This document shows, one piece after another, positions 25,134 through 39,400 of a DNA stretch of 64,000 nt. Source of the DNA: Phoronis australis (Eukaryota; Animalia; Phoronida); the NCBI GenBank assembly GCA_002633005.1, contig NMRA01000621.1, positions 58,168 through 122,167 on the forward strand. Direction: 5' to 3'. The first letter of the stretch is position 1. The number at the start of each line of letters is the position of its first letter. The notes under the pieces were generated by a model that was not told the origin of the DNA, did no database searches, and was given only the letters and a program-made list of their open reading frames with translations. A program made the translations under genes and the position numbers.

Positions 25134-28022
25134 CTCTAGTGAATCCCTGATACTAAATCGTTATTGTTATCTATTGTGTGTTGTCACAATAGAAAACATA
25201 ACCTGGGATGGTCGAATGTAGTGTCGAGACTGCTTGGAAGGTTGACACGATAAAAATGGGACGTGCCGGCTGAAATTTTCATGGACACATTTACCATGAA
25301 TATCCAAGGTCAGCGACGGTCCGTACGCCACCCCCTCCCCCCCTACCCCTACCCTCCCCCCTCACTGGCACTCGCCGGGGGGTCCCCTCAAGTCAAGGGA
25401 CCGCTCAAAGCTGGTAGTTCAGATCCACTATAACGTTTCTAAACCAATTAAAACCAAGTGCGGTACCATTTGTGTTTTACTCACTTCAAATACCTTGAGG
25501 AAATAATCACTTATTCGTACAGTGAAAAATTACTACATATAAGTGAAAATGATTGATTGAGCCTTTAATTGGTGGTTCACGATCGACCCCAATGAAGATA
25601 GTGAGTTTTTCAATGCTTATTTGACAAAGAATATACAATAATAAGACTTAGTTAAGCCCAGAAAGAATTGAGACTGACACCTAACAAGAGAACTGTTCGG
25701 GTCACCTTGAAGTACGGTATTGAGTATGCATCTCAGTGAAATCGTGTTTACTGTGGTATTTTTTGTTGTTGCTGCAGTGTTGTCACCTGATGCAGTTTTA
25801 AGTGTTAGCCCTATCAAACGGGGCATTTCCAAAAACGGATATTATGAAGTGGGTTACTCAACGACACAAACGAGTATTAACCTTTCAATAAAAGCCTTCC
25901 ACTCCTCAAAAACATTATACAGGACGCCAGAAAGAAAAAAGTGTGGCCAACCCGCCCGCGTCTAAATTCGCGGGACCGTTTCATGCAATGGCACGTGCCG
26001 ACTCTTCAATTCTAGTAATCAATGATATGAAAAGGAATCTTTGACGGAGAGAAATGTGGCGATGGTTATAGTTTCGTGTTTCCAATGTTTAAGTCATAAA
26101 ATTGTGAATTAAACGCATCTTTAACATTCCAAACTAAAGCCATAATTATTTCCGCTGGAACAATGAACCTCTGCTTAACCATTCATTTTGTCACGTGACA
26201 CGCTTTTACCTTTTTCAAACCGAGGTGATCTTCCAGGGATAAAAACATATAACAGAAGACATTCATGGGTGAATTGTTCGTTTATTCAATTTCATGGAAA
26301 TCTAAGGACTAAAACAAATGATATGATTACTTTTTGAGTAGTTTTGATTCTGAAGGATTTCGTTCACTCTTTGTTGGAACTACACAAAAAGGTGCATTTT
26401 GTAACAACGGTAGAGAGAGGATTTCATTAAGGTTGCTCCTTTCAAAACAATCCAATACAAAGGGTTGTTTATTGAATGTCAAGGCAATTAATGAGAATCA
26501 GTTTACCCCGGCCTTCTAATGCATCACCATCGTATAAAGCTGCTGTACACACGCGAGCTATCAAAGTGTTATTGATTTAAACTACTTTATTATCGCCCGG
26601 TTTATAACCTTTTTACTCGACTTTGGAACTCGACAATATTTTTCACATTTTCCCTTCTGCTTGAATACGACGGCCAGATAATTTTCTCTAATTCTATACC
26701 TCCAGTATATTATGGTTCACTTGGATGACCAATTGCACTTTATGACACGAGCAATAAAGCTATAAGTTCTTGTTTGAATGTGAAATCTCCAGTTTCTATG
26801 GGTCATTGTATGCGAATGTGGACCAGACTCTCATCTGCGTGGAGTATAATGTACTGGAACCCAATATAATAAATCTGGAGTTTGTGGTAAAGTTGAACAG
26901 AAAATGCCACAAAAAATTTCGAGTTCGATTTTCGAATAAAGAACGGGATTGCGTTGAAGCGTCTCGGCTCTCCAGCTGTCTGATAAAATTTTATCCAGCC
27001 TCTCGTTGGAACTTAGATGTACACTTGTGCCCCCGGCCACGGGATATCGAGCGAAGGGATTAGCAACACAATCTCGACGGTTCGAAAGGTCATAACACGG
27101 TAGGCCTAGGTGTACGGTTAATTCTGCAGTAAAATCGTTATTTTCCCTTTTCCCATAATCTTGCGCACTGCAGCAAAAATATTCGCTGTCTGTATCACTT
27201 TTGCCCATTGTCACACACAAGCATACGTCCATCATATGTAGGCGGGTATAAAGCTGCGTTTCAACTGAGAAAGAACTTTTAATTTAAACTTCAGGTGTAC
27301 AACTGGTCTCTATTTGTACTAACACAGATGAGAAACGGTTTCTGGACCTGGTCAGCTCGTTGTTACCTGACCAGAGATTCGGCGCGTAAAATGAATAATC
27401 CACCACAAAAAGCCAACTTGTAGAACTGAACCGTCATTTCTTTCTAAGCCTGTAAGTCACCTTCAAATTGATTAAGGAATTATTCGAGTCCAATTTTAAA
27501 AACCTTGGTTTAGTACGGAATTTTACCTGAATCAATACTCGGCTGCTATTCCGACAATACAACCCAAAATTTTAATTCCTCCGTCCAACAAATTGTCATC
27601 AAGAGCCTGTATTGGGTTTGAAATTCCTCGACTTATAAACAACGAAATACCAGTCTCTGCTCTAAATATAATAAAAACACATTCTTTGCAAGCATTCTCC
27701 AGGTTCTTAACCAATTTTATTATTAGCAATTACGATCCAGTTTGTCATACTTCCAATTGCTTCATATGTAACAGTATCTAATTGTATTGTCAAAATCTCC
27801 TGGGCTGTGCCAGTCCACTTCTTGGTTCCTGGCGTGTCGGTCGTTTTCAGCACTAATTCACTTTGTTTTCTTAAGTATTCCTACTGATTTTTGCATTTCC
27901 ATTCATTTATTTATTTTGTACAGGGGACCTTCTTATTACAGGTCAATAACTTTTAGAAGGCCTCCAAATTGAAACCAAATTTTAATCATTGTATTATTAT
28001 AATTTAATGTAATTAAAAGTGT

Positions 28023-28210
28023 TCTCTCTCTCTCTCTCTCTCCCTCCCTCCCTCCCTGCCTGNNNNNNNNNNNNNNNNNNNNNNNNNNNNNNNNNNNNNN
28101 NNNNNNNNNNNNNNNNNNNNNNNNNNNNNNNNNNNNNNNNNNNNNNNNNNNNNNNNCCTGCCTGCCTGCCTGCGTGCCTGCCTGCCTGCCTCCCTCCCTG
28201 CCTGCCTCCC
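28023..28210. repeat. (CT)n/(CCTG)n microsatellite spanning an N gap
   Basis: Seen directly; gap at 28063-28156. Confidence 0.9.
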
Positions 28211-29967
28211 ATTTGCGCTGTTTTGCTGGCTGAAAACGAAAATCAACATAAAGCTGGTCTTCAAATATATTCAATACAATGATCAGATTCCATTTCAATC
28301 ACCAACTCAACTCACACGTAATTCGTGTACCTGGTATACATTATTTTCAAATTCTTAATTATAGGATTGCCCAACACTAATAAAGTCTAACGCTTGAGTA
28401 GTTGATAGCTTCAATATTCTTGTCGGACATGGGAAAATAATCCTACCATATTAGGAAATAATAAGAGAATGATTTTATCAAATTCCATTTTCGTTTTCGC
28501 CAGCTTAGGAGGGTGAAATGCAACTTAAATTATTGAACTGGAAATAATCAATTATTGAACTGGAAATAATCAATAATGTAGTAAAACCTTAGCATTGACT
28601 AGGACAGTGTGTCCCAACATTAAACACAATTTTAAAAATTCAAAATTAAATAAATTAAATTTCATTACTACATCATTATCAGTGAGCATGTGAATGGTAT
28701 GTTTACAAACAAGTTCATACATCCAGAACAGTTTACTTCATGCCTCCTCAAACATCATGAAGCTGAACATTTACATACGGTGGCTCAAACAGGACATACA
28801 ATTTTTCCAACATTTACCAATTATTTGTTTGTTTTAGCACTTTTTGCTTTATAACACACTAGTGTACAACGTTTCCAACTGGGTGATAAAGAGAAAAAAA
28901 TACAAATTACAGAGCAAATTTGTAAATGTCAGAAAAAATGCCTTCCTGTTCGGGAATTCAGATAACCAGACCATAAAAATAACACAAGGTATTAAAACAG
29001 CCTAATGACTGCAATGTGAATCAAGCATAGAGCTAACATTATCCCGTAGATGGACTAGCAATTCGTTCTCCTACAGGTAAAAACTGTTATCAAAGTCTGT
29101 AAACGATTCCCTTTCATCAAAAATTGTAAGAGCAAAAACTGAAATTCCTGTAAGTAATGACAAGCTCATTATAACAACAAAGATGACATAAACAAGGCTG
29201 AATAATAAATCAACATGAACAATAGGTGCACAGACCACTTTTTCACATAAAATCCACCTGCTCTTCAGTGCTAGGGATTTCTATCGCAAATGTCTATTTC
29301 TCATTTAGCCTGGCTATATGCAACATACAACAAACAGCAAGGCTGAACGAGAGATAGACATTTGTTATTTAAAGTCTCTCGCAAATGTCTATCTCACGTT
29401 TGGCCTGGCTGTATTAGGATGTGACATACTCCGTGCTCGAAACGACCAAAACTGATCGGTGATGCACTGTTCCGTATACAGTAAAATCTCACCAATTTAG
29501 GACACAACATGTGGGTCAATTCATTTTTCCTAAATGACATATGGTCCCAAAATGAAGCTACATCCAATCCAAGTTATGTACCATGGCTACCAACAGATGG
29601 CATTTCAAATAATTTTGGGCATTCATAACAATATAAGCAACATGGCTTGGAATGACCAATGACAAAAAATGAGGAAAATTTAAAAGGGGACCTATCGTTC
29701 CACAAATAAATAGGCTTGTGTGATAGAAATATTTTATTGTTGTAAAATTTAACTGAAGTAAACGTTTTTGTATGAATGAAGTCAAAATCATGATAAAAAA
29801 GACGAAAAAGATGGAAACTGGAATCAAAAAAGAGGAAATCTCCTTAAAAGAGGAAAATTCATAGTCCTAAGGAAACCCTTGAAAAATAAAAAAGGGTAAT
29901 TTTGGCAATTATTTTGTCCAAATTTTGTAAGACTTCATCACAGGAGTGACCAACATGTCTGTTACTG

Positions 29968-30369
29968 TTACTGCCATTGTTGATGTATGATACAGTAATG
30001 TGTGCAACACTTGCTCTACTATTACTGCCATTGTTGATGTATGATACAGTAATGTGTGCAACACTTGCACTACTATTACTGCCATTGTTGATGTATGATA
30101 CAGTAATGTGTGCAACACTTGCACTACTATTACTGCCATTGTTGATGTATGATACAGTAATGTGTGCAACACTTGCANAAATAAAAAAGGGTAATTTTGG
30201 CAATTATTTTGTCCAAATTTTGTAAGACTTCATCACAGGAGTGACCAACATGTCTGTTACTGTTACTGCCACTGTTGATGTATGATACAGTAATGTGTGC
30301 AACACTAGCTCTACTATTACTGCCATTGTTGATGTATGATACAGTAATGTGTGCAACACTAGCTCTACT
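29968..30369. repeat. 54-bp minisatellite in the PROSER3-like 3' UTR, interrupted by an N join
   Basis: TTACTGCCATTGTTGATGTATGATACAGTAATGTGTGCAACACTTGCACTACTA units. Confidence 0.9.
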
Positions 30370-30404
30370 CCTCTTCCACCTCCTGCAGCAACCTGTCAAT
30401 TTTT
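30365..30404 (-). CDS. PROSER3: PROSER3-like terminal exon (KIDRLLQEVEEE stop)
   Basis: TTTGTAG acceptor, phase 2, TAG at 30367-30365. Confidence 0.85.
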
Positions 30405-33400
30405 CTACAAATAAAAATTGAAGAAATCAGAGATTGAATAAATCCCTCATCAACTACAAGATTCGGTAATTCCACATATTTCACACAAAAAATGACATGA
30501 CAAAACTGTCATTTTCGATTTTTCAAAGGCTTATTACTTTGCTACAAATAGTTGAAACTTTTACCATATATTGTTTCACTCGGTATGATGTCTACACAAC
30601 ATAAACCACACTAGTAATGGGTTGGATTTTTCTTCATTTGTATTTTTGTGGAGAAATTTGACAAAATAGAATTTCGCTTGTCGGCCATATTGTGTGCTAA
30701 ATAAGTGAAGAATTACCGTAAAGCTTTTCATGCTAAACTACACTGCAAGGCATTGTACAGTACACCTATTAGGGTTACCACAATTTGGCTAGAAGGGGTC
30801 TTGCTCACTTCTGCCTTCCGATATGAAAATTTTCTTCACCGAAGACAAATCGTACCCCTCTCCTTCCCCTGCCATATTCAGCCCCAAAATTGAGGCATCC
30901 TCGGCTGTGGCTAAGAGCCCAAAACTTGATTTTCAACAAATTTCCACACGCAGTGTGGCCTAGTGGCATAAGTGCCCACTTCCTTTACTCAAGGTCGTGT
31001 GTTCGAGTCCCACTGAGGCACACTGTTAGACCCTTGAGCAAGCTTTCTAGCACCTCAGTTCTGTTTTAATAAAGCAAAGAATGGTTCCAGGTAATCAGTA
31101 CAATTGTGCCACTTGAGTGGCCTGCCCACGTCTGGCACGTGTACCAGACCACGTGCAATTATTTTCTCACTCAGCCATTTCTGAGTTTCTCAATTTAAAT
31201 ACTTCGATCATTTCAAACTCAGACTGTTATCATAATGGTAGTACACACATAAAAAATAACTGCAGGCGGTCTGCTACACACTGTACCAGTGAGACGCGCC
31301 CCAGGCCATTCACGAGGGCCCATTGCACTGTTCACCTGAAACCATTTTTATGCTTCATGCATATATATATATATATAATATACTAGCTAGAGACCACACT
31401 CAGACCACACTCAGACCCACAACCTCGAGTATAGAAAGTGGACACTCATCTCACTAGGCCACACCTCTAGTGCACACATTGATATTTTCAATGATTTTGA
31501 ACAGCAAAACGGAAACTTCCAGTCACGAAATATAATATTGCCTTACACTTGCTTAACATGAAGTCGATACAAAATAAGCAGACCGTTATCAAATAACTTC
31601 ACAAGAAGATCGCCCCAATGGATAAAAAGACATTAACTCCAATTGCAACTACAACTTGAGTCAATGGACATGAAATCTAATTCAAATTCAATCAGCATGG
31701 AAAGCAGTGTGAACTGATGGGGCTACCCTCATTGTAAATATTACATTAATAATAATAATAATAATAAAGTTATTATCAAGAGCATACAACATCCTCATTT
31801 TGGCACTAAACCATGCAAAATAGAATTTGTGTATTCAGTATCCTCCACAAAAGAAAATTCAAACTCGGCTGGAATGACAAAATTCATGTACATGTTCGAA
31901 ACTTCATGTCCATACTGAGAGGAGTTAGTGTGTTAGTCTAGGAACAAATGCATTGATTGAAGTGGTATCACAGGTCCTAATTTTTCAGAAATGACTAATC
32001 TCCCAACACTTCAAACTCATGGCATAAGATTTCAAACTTAACACAAGTAAGCCAAACCCATCATGGCAAAACGCAAACTCAGCACAGTGACAAGTCAATA
32101 CAGGTTGTGGAGAACACTGGCCTTGAGTAATCCATGCTATGGATCTATAGAACATGGCAATGAAGACCGCGACAACCAAGGATATGGGAAAATGAATATA
32201 ATTTTGAAGCCTTACAACTTCAGATTATTACAAAATGAAATTTGCTGGTTTATAGAAAACTTAAATGCTGGGTATGAGTCATCTTGGTCATGATGACCGG
32301 CGAATAGATGAACGTGATGGTGAAAATGACGGTAACAGTCACTTACAGGGATCCCCACATATTGAGAACCAGTTTTCTCTACTGAATAATGGGCATCAAA
32401 CTGGTTCTCAAAATCTGGGGACCCCTGCAATTGACTCCTGCCAAAATGACAATGAACAATGGAAAACCAAATGACAGTTTAACACACTTGAAGGATTTCA
32501 AGGTGACATCTGCTACTATACTCATCCAGTTAACACACTCATCACGGAAGTTTCAAACTTTTCAAATTTAAATGTCCATGTTCAGTTATAGTTACACATG
32601 TAATGTGAACACCAATCTAGGAGAATTTCAGCCTTCAAAACCCACTCAATTAGCTTAATAACACTGCATTGTCGATGCTTATGCGACATTTGTTTGGTTC
32701 CAGCATGTATGTCGTTCCATTAAATACTGAACTGTGACTTCTTAAACATTTATTTTTGTAAACCATGCTAAGATTTTTTAGTTTCTCAGTTTCAATGTTC
32801 ACATAGTTAGCGAGTAGGGTACTTATTGATAAACAGTATGTGATACTTATTGATCAACAGTATGAGGTACAAGTAAGCACACCAAATACTGTTTTTCCAT
32901 CATGACTACTGATACCGTTACAGTGAAAATGACGAGCAGAGATCTGTTGACTCAGCATTTCTGCTGTACTAGCATTCCTACCTTGTTAGTATTTCAATAA
33001 ATTCACAACCGATCATTGGAACCACGATGGATTGCCACTATGATGGGAGTTCCCAACCGATCATTGTAACCAAGATGGATGGCCACTATGATGGGAGTTC
33101 CCAACCGATCATTGCAACCACCATGGATGGCCACTATGATGGGAATTCTACTTGCGCTCCACTGGCATGACAGGGAATTCCCCAGAATTTCATCCGATTG
33201 CTTTCAGCATATGCTGTTTTGTTTTACCGTACTCGTCCGGGTTATCGCCTTGAATGCTTAAACTGAGAATCTAAAGAAACAGGGGGTGGGGGTAGGCCGA
33301 GCATGGGTGGTATCCCGGACTAGTACGGAAATAACAAAAATCCAACTCACCTCAACTGCTCCTCGTAAACACTTCGCTGCTGTCGGAGCTGGGTCAGTAA

Positions 33401-36400
33401 GAGATCTTCGGAAAATTCGTCATCAGAGGAGACTTCTGAAAAGAAAACCGATGAAATACAGTGAATGACTATCCAAATACTTTGGCCCCTGATTACCAAA
33501 TTCGAAAAAATGACTGCAAGTGTCATGCAATTTGACTGGTCAATTTCAGAGTCAAATTTTGAGTAAAGTTGGGTGGTCACGGATTCTGACATCGTAACTA
33601 AACACAACATTTGTCGTACATATACTGCAGTAATTGTTTGTTTTTATTTAGCAGCATTCTGCTGTTATTTTCCTAAAGTGATGAAAAGCATCTCTGCTAT
33701 GTCCGTTGCTATAAAACCTCCTCATAACAGATAATAAAACTGGTCAGAAAATGTAAACCTTTCACTATTTTCTCACTAGTTTCCATTGGTAGAGACGTAC
33801 AACAAATTAGAATNGGCAAAGAAAACAATTAATTTTCTAGAATATGAATTTATGGAAGCTTCACCGTGATTTCAAAACCATAACCACAGCAACAAAACTA
33901 GTGGGAACAAAAAGTTGGCCTGGTAGTATGAATGAACAAAGTTCTTTCAAATTTATGATGCTTACTCCCTCCCTCTTTCATTGTTCCACCTGTTGGGTGA
34001 CATAGCAGTGAGGGTTGTAGTCACTTACAGGGGTCCCTCATTTAGAGAACCAGTTTTCTCTACTGAATAACTGGCATCAAACTGGTTCTCAAACTGCAGG
34101 ACCATTGTAAGTGATTATTGCCACAATGGTAGGACACATGGCCAAATATACAGTTGTCAAAATTTTTTAAGCAAACTCACTCCATATTACAATAGGTTCT
34201 CAAAACTAACAATATTTGAGCATTTTAATTTTGAAAAACGATGAAAGAAACAATTTCACTGCAAAGAGGCTCACAAGATTTTTCTGCAGATTAAGATTGG
34301 TCACAATAAATGATTTTCCTAGCTGTGCATTGTAAGACAACCACTTGGGTCTTATCTCGCAACCCTGTGACCAATCTATGTGACATAGAAAACTGAACCA
34401 TCTCCCAGTTGTAACAGAGGTGGTGCTGAAACCACAGACAGGACTACCACACACAATTTGCAGTTCATATTGTCAAATTCAATTTATAGACTGATATTAA
34501 AACTCTGCTTGCTATCACCAGTGCTAATACCTGGTGTAATTTCTGATCCAGTTGATTTTAGTTTTCAAAATAAACTACACAGACAGCCTTCAACAGAACT
34601 CTGGTCAGACTGTACCAAGCTATAAGGAGCTTTTGTTTGGAAGTTTAGTTGAACTTTTGGTGCAATAAAATAGCATTTTTGTTAACCTTGGTTATTGTTT
34701 AATGTGACATTATTGTGACTAGCCACCAAGTATTTGTTTATGAATAAACTTGCGCAGTTAGCTGTCACAATTTCAACACAGTGCATTGAGATTTAGCCAG
34801 AACTGAAACAGGTTTTTCACCATAGGTGACTGACAGGTGTGGACCCGGGATTATGACCACGCAGAAAGGGGTCTGACAAGCGCTCCATTATTCCTCCATC
34901 ACAGCAATACAGGAGGAACCAGACCCCCTGAACTCACTGGATTCGCTTCTAATCTGTTTAATAAGGAATCATTTATCAAAACACATCATGCTTCAAAAAT
35001 GTTGTTTTCGTTCAAGCAGTACAAGACCTTGAACTCTCTGCATTACTATACCTTGAACATTGATCCAGGGAATTGATGGATGGATATAACTTAGTGCAAA
35101 CAAACTACATCAGTCATGTGCACAACCACATGCCAAACTAGACATAGTAACTAGAAGGTAAACAAGTACTACCCTATCGGGGAAATATCTCAGGCACATT
35201 AGTAACTAGAAGGTAAACAAGTACTACCCTATCAGGAAAATATCTCAGGCACATTAGTTTCAAAGCATGCTCAGCAGCAAAAAAACAGTAAAACTGAGAC
35301 CACGAGTACTTTAAATACAATGGTACTATATCATAAAGCAACCCCACACCTAAAGTACACGATATTTTGAATACTGACCTATGGTATAGTGTACTGTTAA
35401 GACAAAGCCCAATCAATACACTTCACTGGGTTCATATGTCCTAAATAATCAAGCAGACCTACTGCAAAGGTCGCGGTATCTATAACAAGGACACAAATTT
35501 CATGTTCCGGTAAAACACGCATAAATTATGAACTTCCAAATGAATCCTTGTTGACTTCAGGGACTCAATTAAAATTAAATTTATTGTTTCAACCAACAAA
35601 TGATCCATATATTCTATAACAGTTTAAGACTGAAATCTTCAACTAGTAACTGCCTATTCTTTGATACAATCTGAGCGTCACCCATGACTACCGTACTCCT
35701 ATGAGTCAACGCCCAAGCTCGGCTTACCATTCACCACTCAAATTTTAAAAAATTTACTTTTGAGTATTCATGCTTGGCTTAATTATCACTCCCTCTATAT
35801 GCTCGAGACTTTCTGAACGCCCACTCTGATCAGAATTTTGACCTTCAGAGCAGTACAGTTAACCCAGTGAACTATCTGGGAACGCACCTACGCCCAACTT
35901 CTCAAAATTCTGTTTTCAACATCCCATTAATGCCCACCACGTGATTTTTTAGTTCCTCTTGGAAGTAACCCGAACAAGTACAGTACTTAGATGGTTACAG
36001 CAAGTGTAGAGTACAATCTTGGCGATTTCGAACAAAAACAATTGTCCAAAATGCCCCTTGTTCATTTGCCAAGGTCTTCAAAACGTTGTGAATGCCCGCA
36101 ATTTTTTAAATCTGTAGTACAACACATGAACAGTTAATTTGGTGATAAATATGTTTCATTATAATAAAATTATATTTCACTCATCGGCCATATTGTGTCC
36201 TAAATAGGTCAGATTTTACATCGGCCATATTGTGTCCTAAATAGGTCAGATTTTACATCGGCCATATTGTGTCCTAAATAGGTCAGATTTTACGGTACTG
36301 GTGAGCGGTGTGTTTGCTCTTAGATTTAACAAACTGCTCAAAGCCTTGTGAAAATCACTACAACACTATGGTAACCAATTTACAAACTATGCTCACTCCT

Positions 36401-39400
36401 TGGCGTTCCACTAAAAATAAAATGAAGTGACTCAGAAACGACAGTTCCGGCTGCTGTTTTGAAAAATGAACATCATTGCAAAATTTAAGTGTGGTATCTT
36501 TGAAAAGCTTAAACTGTTAAAATTTCAGCAAGATGGTTTACAATGAACTAACAGGGAGATCAAAACCAGAGCATGGACATTTGCCAAGATGATAACTCTA
36601 CAAAGGTTTCTCTGGAATGCCTCGTAGTAGTCAGGCACATACCATTCTACACAGGGCACAAATTAAAAGGGGAAATGGGAAGGCACAATAAAATAGGTTA
36701 CTGTAATAGAATTAGCATTTTCTGTAATGAAATGTGTTGAAGACAAACTGCACATTTTGTTGGTGTGTAATACTTATGCAGACCTCCGTCAGCAATATAT
36801 AAATGTAAATTTTGATAACCATAACCTTGTCCTACACTTCAACAACATTATGAAGACTCCTGATGCAAACATTGTAAAGTTCATATTTAGCCACAGCGTG
36901 TAGAGAAAATTTGTTTAGCTCTATTTTTTGTATTTAACTGTGCTTCTATATATGTTCACGCCACACGTTACACTTGTTTGCGTGACTTTCCTGTTACCCC
37001 CCTTCATTAGTCATTCTTTGCAGTATTTCACACCCGCAACTATCATGGTTTAAACACCATATCTCAGCTGATCGATTTTCTGATACTATGATTAATGCAG
37101 TGTTTCCAAGAAGGATTTTAGGGGTGACTAAGTATGTTGCACTTTTGCATGTCACTATAAGTAAAATGAAAAATGGAAAAGTTGCATAAAAAATAACTTA
37201 GAAAAGTGCTACACTGTGTTTTTGACAAGGTACCTTGAATATTATTCATACAACAGCTGTTTTGCATGAACATGTATTTTTTATCAAATTTTACTAAAAA
37301 TATATGGCCCCATGACCCAATCAATGGCAGATTGGTATACAGTTCAAAATTGAATTCTACACGCTTTCTATATACTTTTACTGAGTCAATGTTGGAAGTC
37401 TCGTAGATTTATGGCCCCATGCAGACCAGCTGATAAGGTAACTAGACTCATAACCTAACTTTTCCATGTGTCTTAATGCAGGTGTTTTGAACCTGTCTAC
37501 ATAAACAACTGATAAACAACTCATGTGCAGGAATCACTCAGAACACCTCAACAAGAGAACAACAAAAAGCCAAAAGGATCAGCAACACTTGACAGCTAAT
37601 GAAGCATTTCCATCTTGCACACAAGAGAAAGCTAAAATAACATTAATCAAAACTAACAAGGTCCATGTATGTTTTCCTATTGTGTTTTTAGAGTGCACTG
37701 GAATATGAATGGTTGACAAGTAATGGATGTGTGCCTGGTTTAAGTACATGTGACCATAACAGCATAGGTCATTTATTTCATTACCGTGTGTTGCCTATTG
37801 CGGGGGTGTTACAATGCTAGAGCCTATTGAAGGTCGTCAGTCCACATGAAGCTACAACAGTCGCAGTCATACGCCTGTTACTGTCTGGTACCCTGGATAA
37901 GCACTAAGTAGTGTGACAACTACCAGACTTAAGGCAGGAAAACCCTGCTTGATTTCGTAGCACTTGTGTTATGGAGGTGTGGCTTGACAATATACACAAG
38001 CTTGAATGTCATTGCGTGAGTTCACACATGTGCACCTCACCTACACGAGAAGAAGCATACAATGTAGGCAATGAGAAGACCTGTTTTGACACTAGATGCG
38101 GGACAACACTCGATCAGAATTTAAGGCTATGAATGGACCGTATCAACAAGTGTGTGTATTTAGTCAAATATCTACAACACTATACATAGACTTTAACTCA
38201 GTAAAAGGATATTTTCTGAAAGTAGAAAGTCTGAAGAAATCTATATTTGACTTATACCAATCTACATGCGTGCACCCAGCTGTAAAAAATGGGGGGCTCG
38301 AGTTTTTGAGAATCTGGACCTTTTACTAAGATTCACGGGGTACGTTTAGAGCTATGAATTTTGGTAGTTGCTGCCTTTTTACTGGACTTTTGTCACGTTT
38401 TCTACTTTTTCCAGTTTTTGTTTCTCTGAGGCAGACTTTTTTGTACACTTCCCCAAATGTGTGCGCACATATCTACCAATACTTGGCTCACATGACCATA
38501 TGTTAATAAATTTTGCAAAAAGGAAAGATACGTTAATAGTGGTCATTGTTTCACAGTCCTACATGTTGACCATAACAGGCTCTAGTTTAGGAAGAGACAA
38601 TGGAAGAGTCTGGGGCAGGCTTTTAGAGCTATTCCAAGTGATTTGCTGACAATTTCAAATCAAACAAAAGAAAATGTGATGATATTGCTACAGAAGACCT
38701 TAAATTTATGTAGAACCATAGAAATTGTCCAAATGTGTCTAAGTTTGGAGCATCATATCTCAGAAATTGTTGATATAAAACTTTCACATACTGTGCTGCA
38801 GGCAGTTCTGTATAACTGTCGGGAATTGATTTTTACTTTTGCAAGAGGGGCTATCAAAAACAGCAATTTTAGGATTTTTATGAGTTGAATTAAAAAGGAA
38901 TGATAATTTAGAAAATGTATTAACTATTTTAAGATGTCATCTTGAACATTTATATCACACAAAAATTTGTCAGGTTGTTGATAAAGTAGTTTTGCTATGA
39001 ATGTTCCTTTGTCTGCTAAGGAGACACGTCACGTGACCTAATTAGTGGCAGATCCATGTAAGTCAAAAATCAAATTCTATAGACTTTCGACTTTCACGAA
39101 ACATAAATATTCACACAGTTAATTTATTGTTCTGTAGATATTTGGCTAAATATAGACTTGCCAGACAAGATCCTACATAATCTTCATTAGTAAACAGGTG
39201 ATTTCACAGAAGCAATGGTTAAATCATAGTTAATCATATGTCCCTGAGAACATATCCACTCCAATGACCAACACATCCACTCCAGTGACCAACACATCCA
39301 CTCCAGTGACCAACACATCCACTCCAGTGACCAACACATCCACTCCAGTGACCAACACACTGTGACACCTAATAGTACGCTCAAACACCTGTGCCTTTAT

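Noticed and set aside
26831-27235. 134-aa minus-strand ORF with a faint discoidin-like NPFARY word
   Set aside because: Other discoidin motifs are missing, and it is antisense to the + strand candidate exon
27530-27990. Possible L1/Tx1 ORF2 remnant (GGLLKVIDL)
   Set aside because: A single short motif amid stop codons is too weak to call
29478-30720. Similar inverted termini apparently enclosing the PROSER3 last exon (Pack-type capture)
   Set aside because: The right end pairs adequately with a nearer left end at 30464, so the 29478 end is more simply a separate fragment
34820-34950. Possible extra PROSER3 exon (GC-richer patch with acceptor-like AGs)
   Set aside because: Both candidate acceptors give in-frame stops in the required phase 1, and the flanking exons already join in frame
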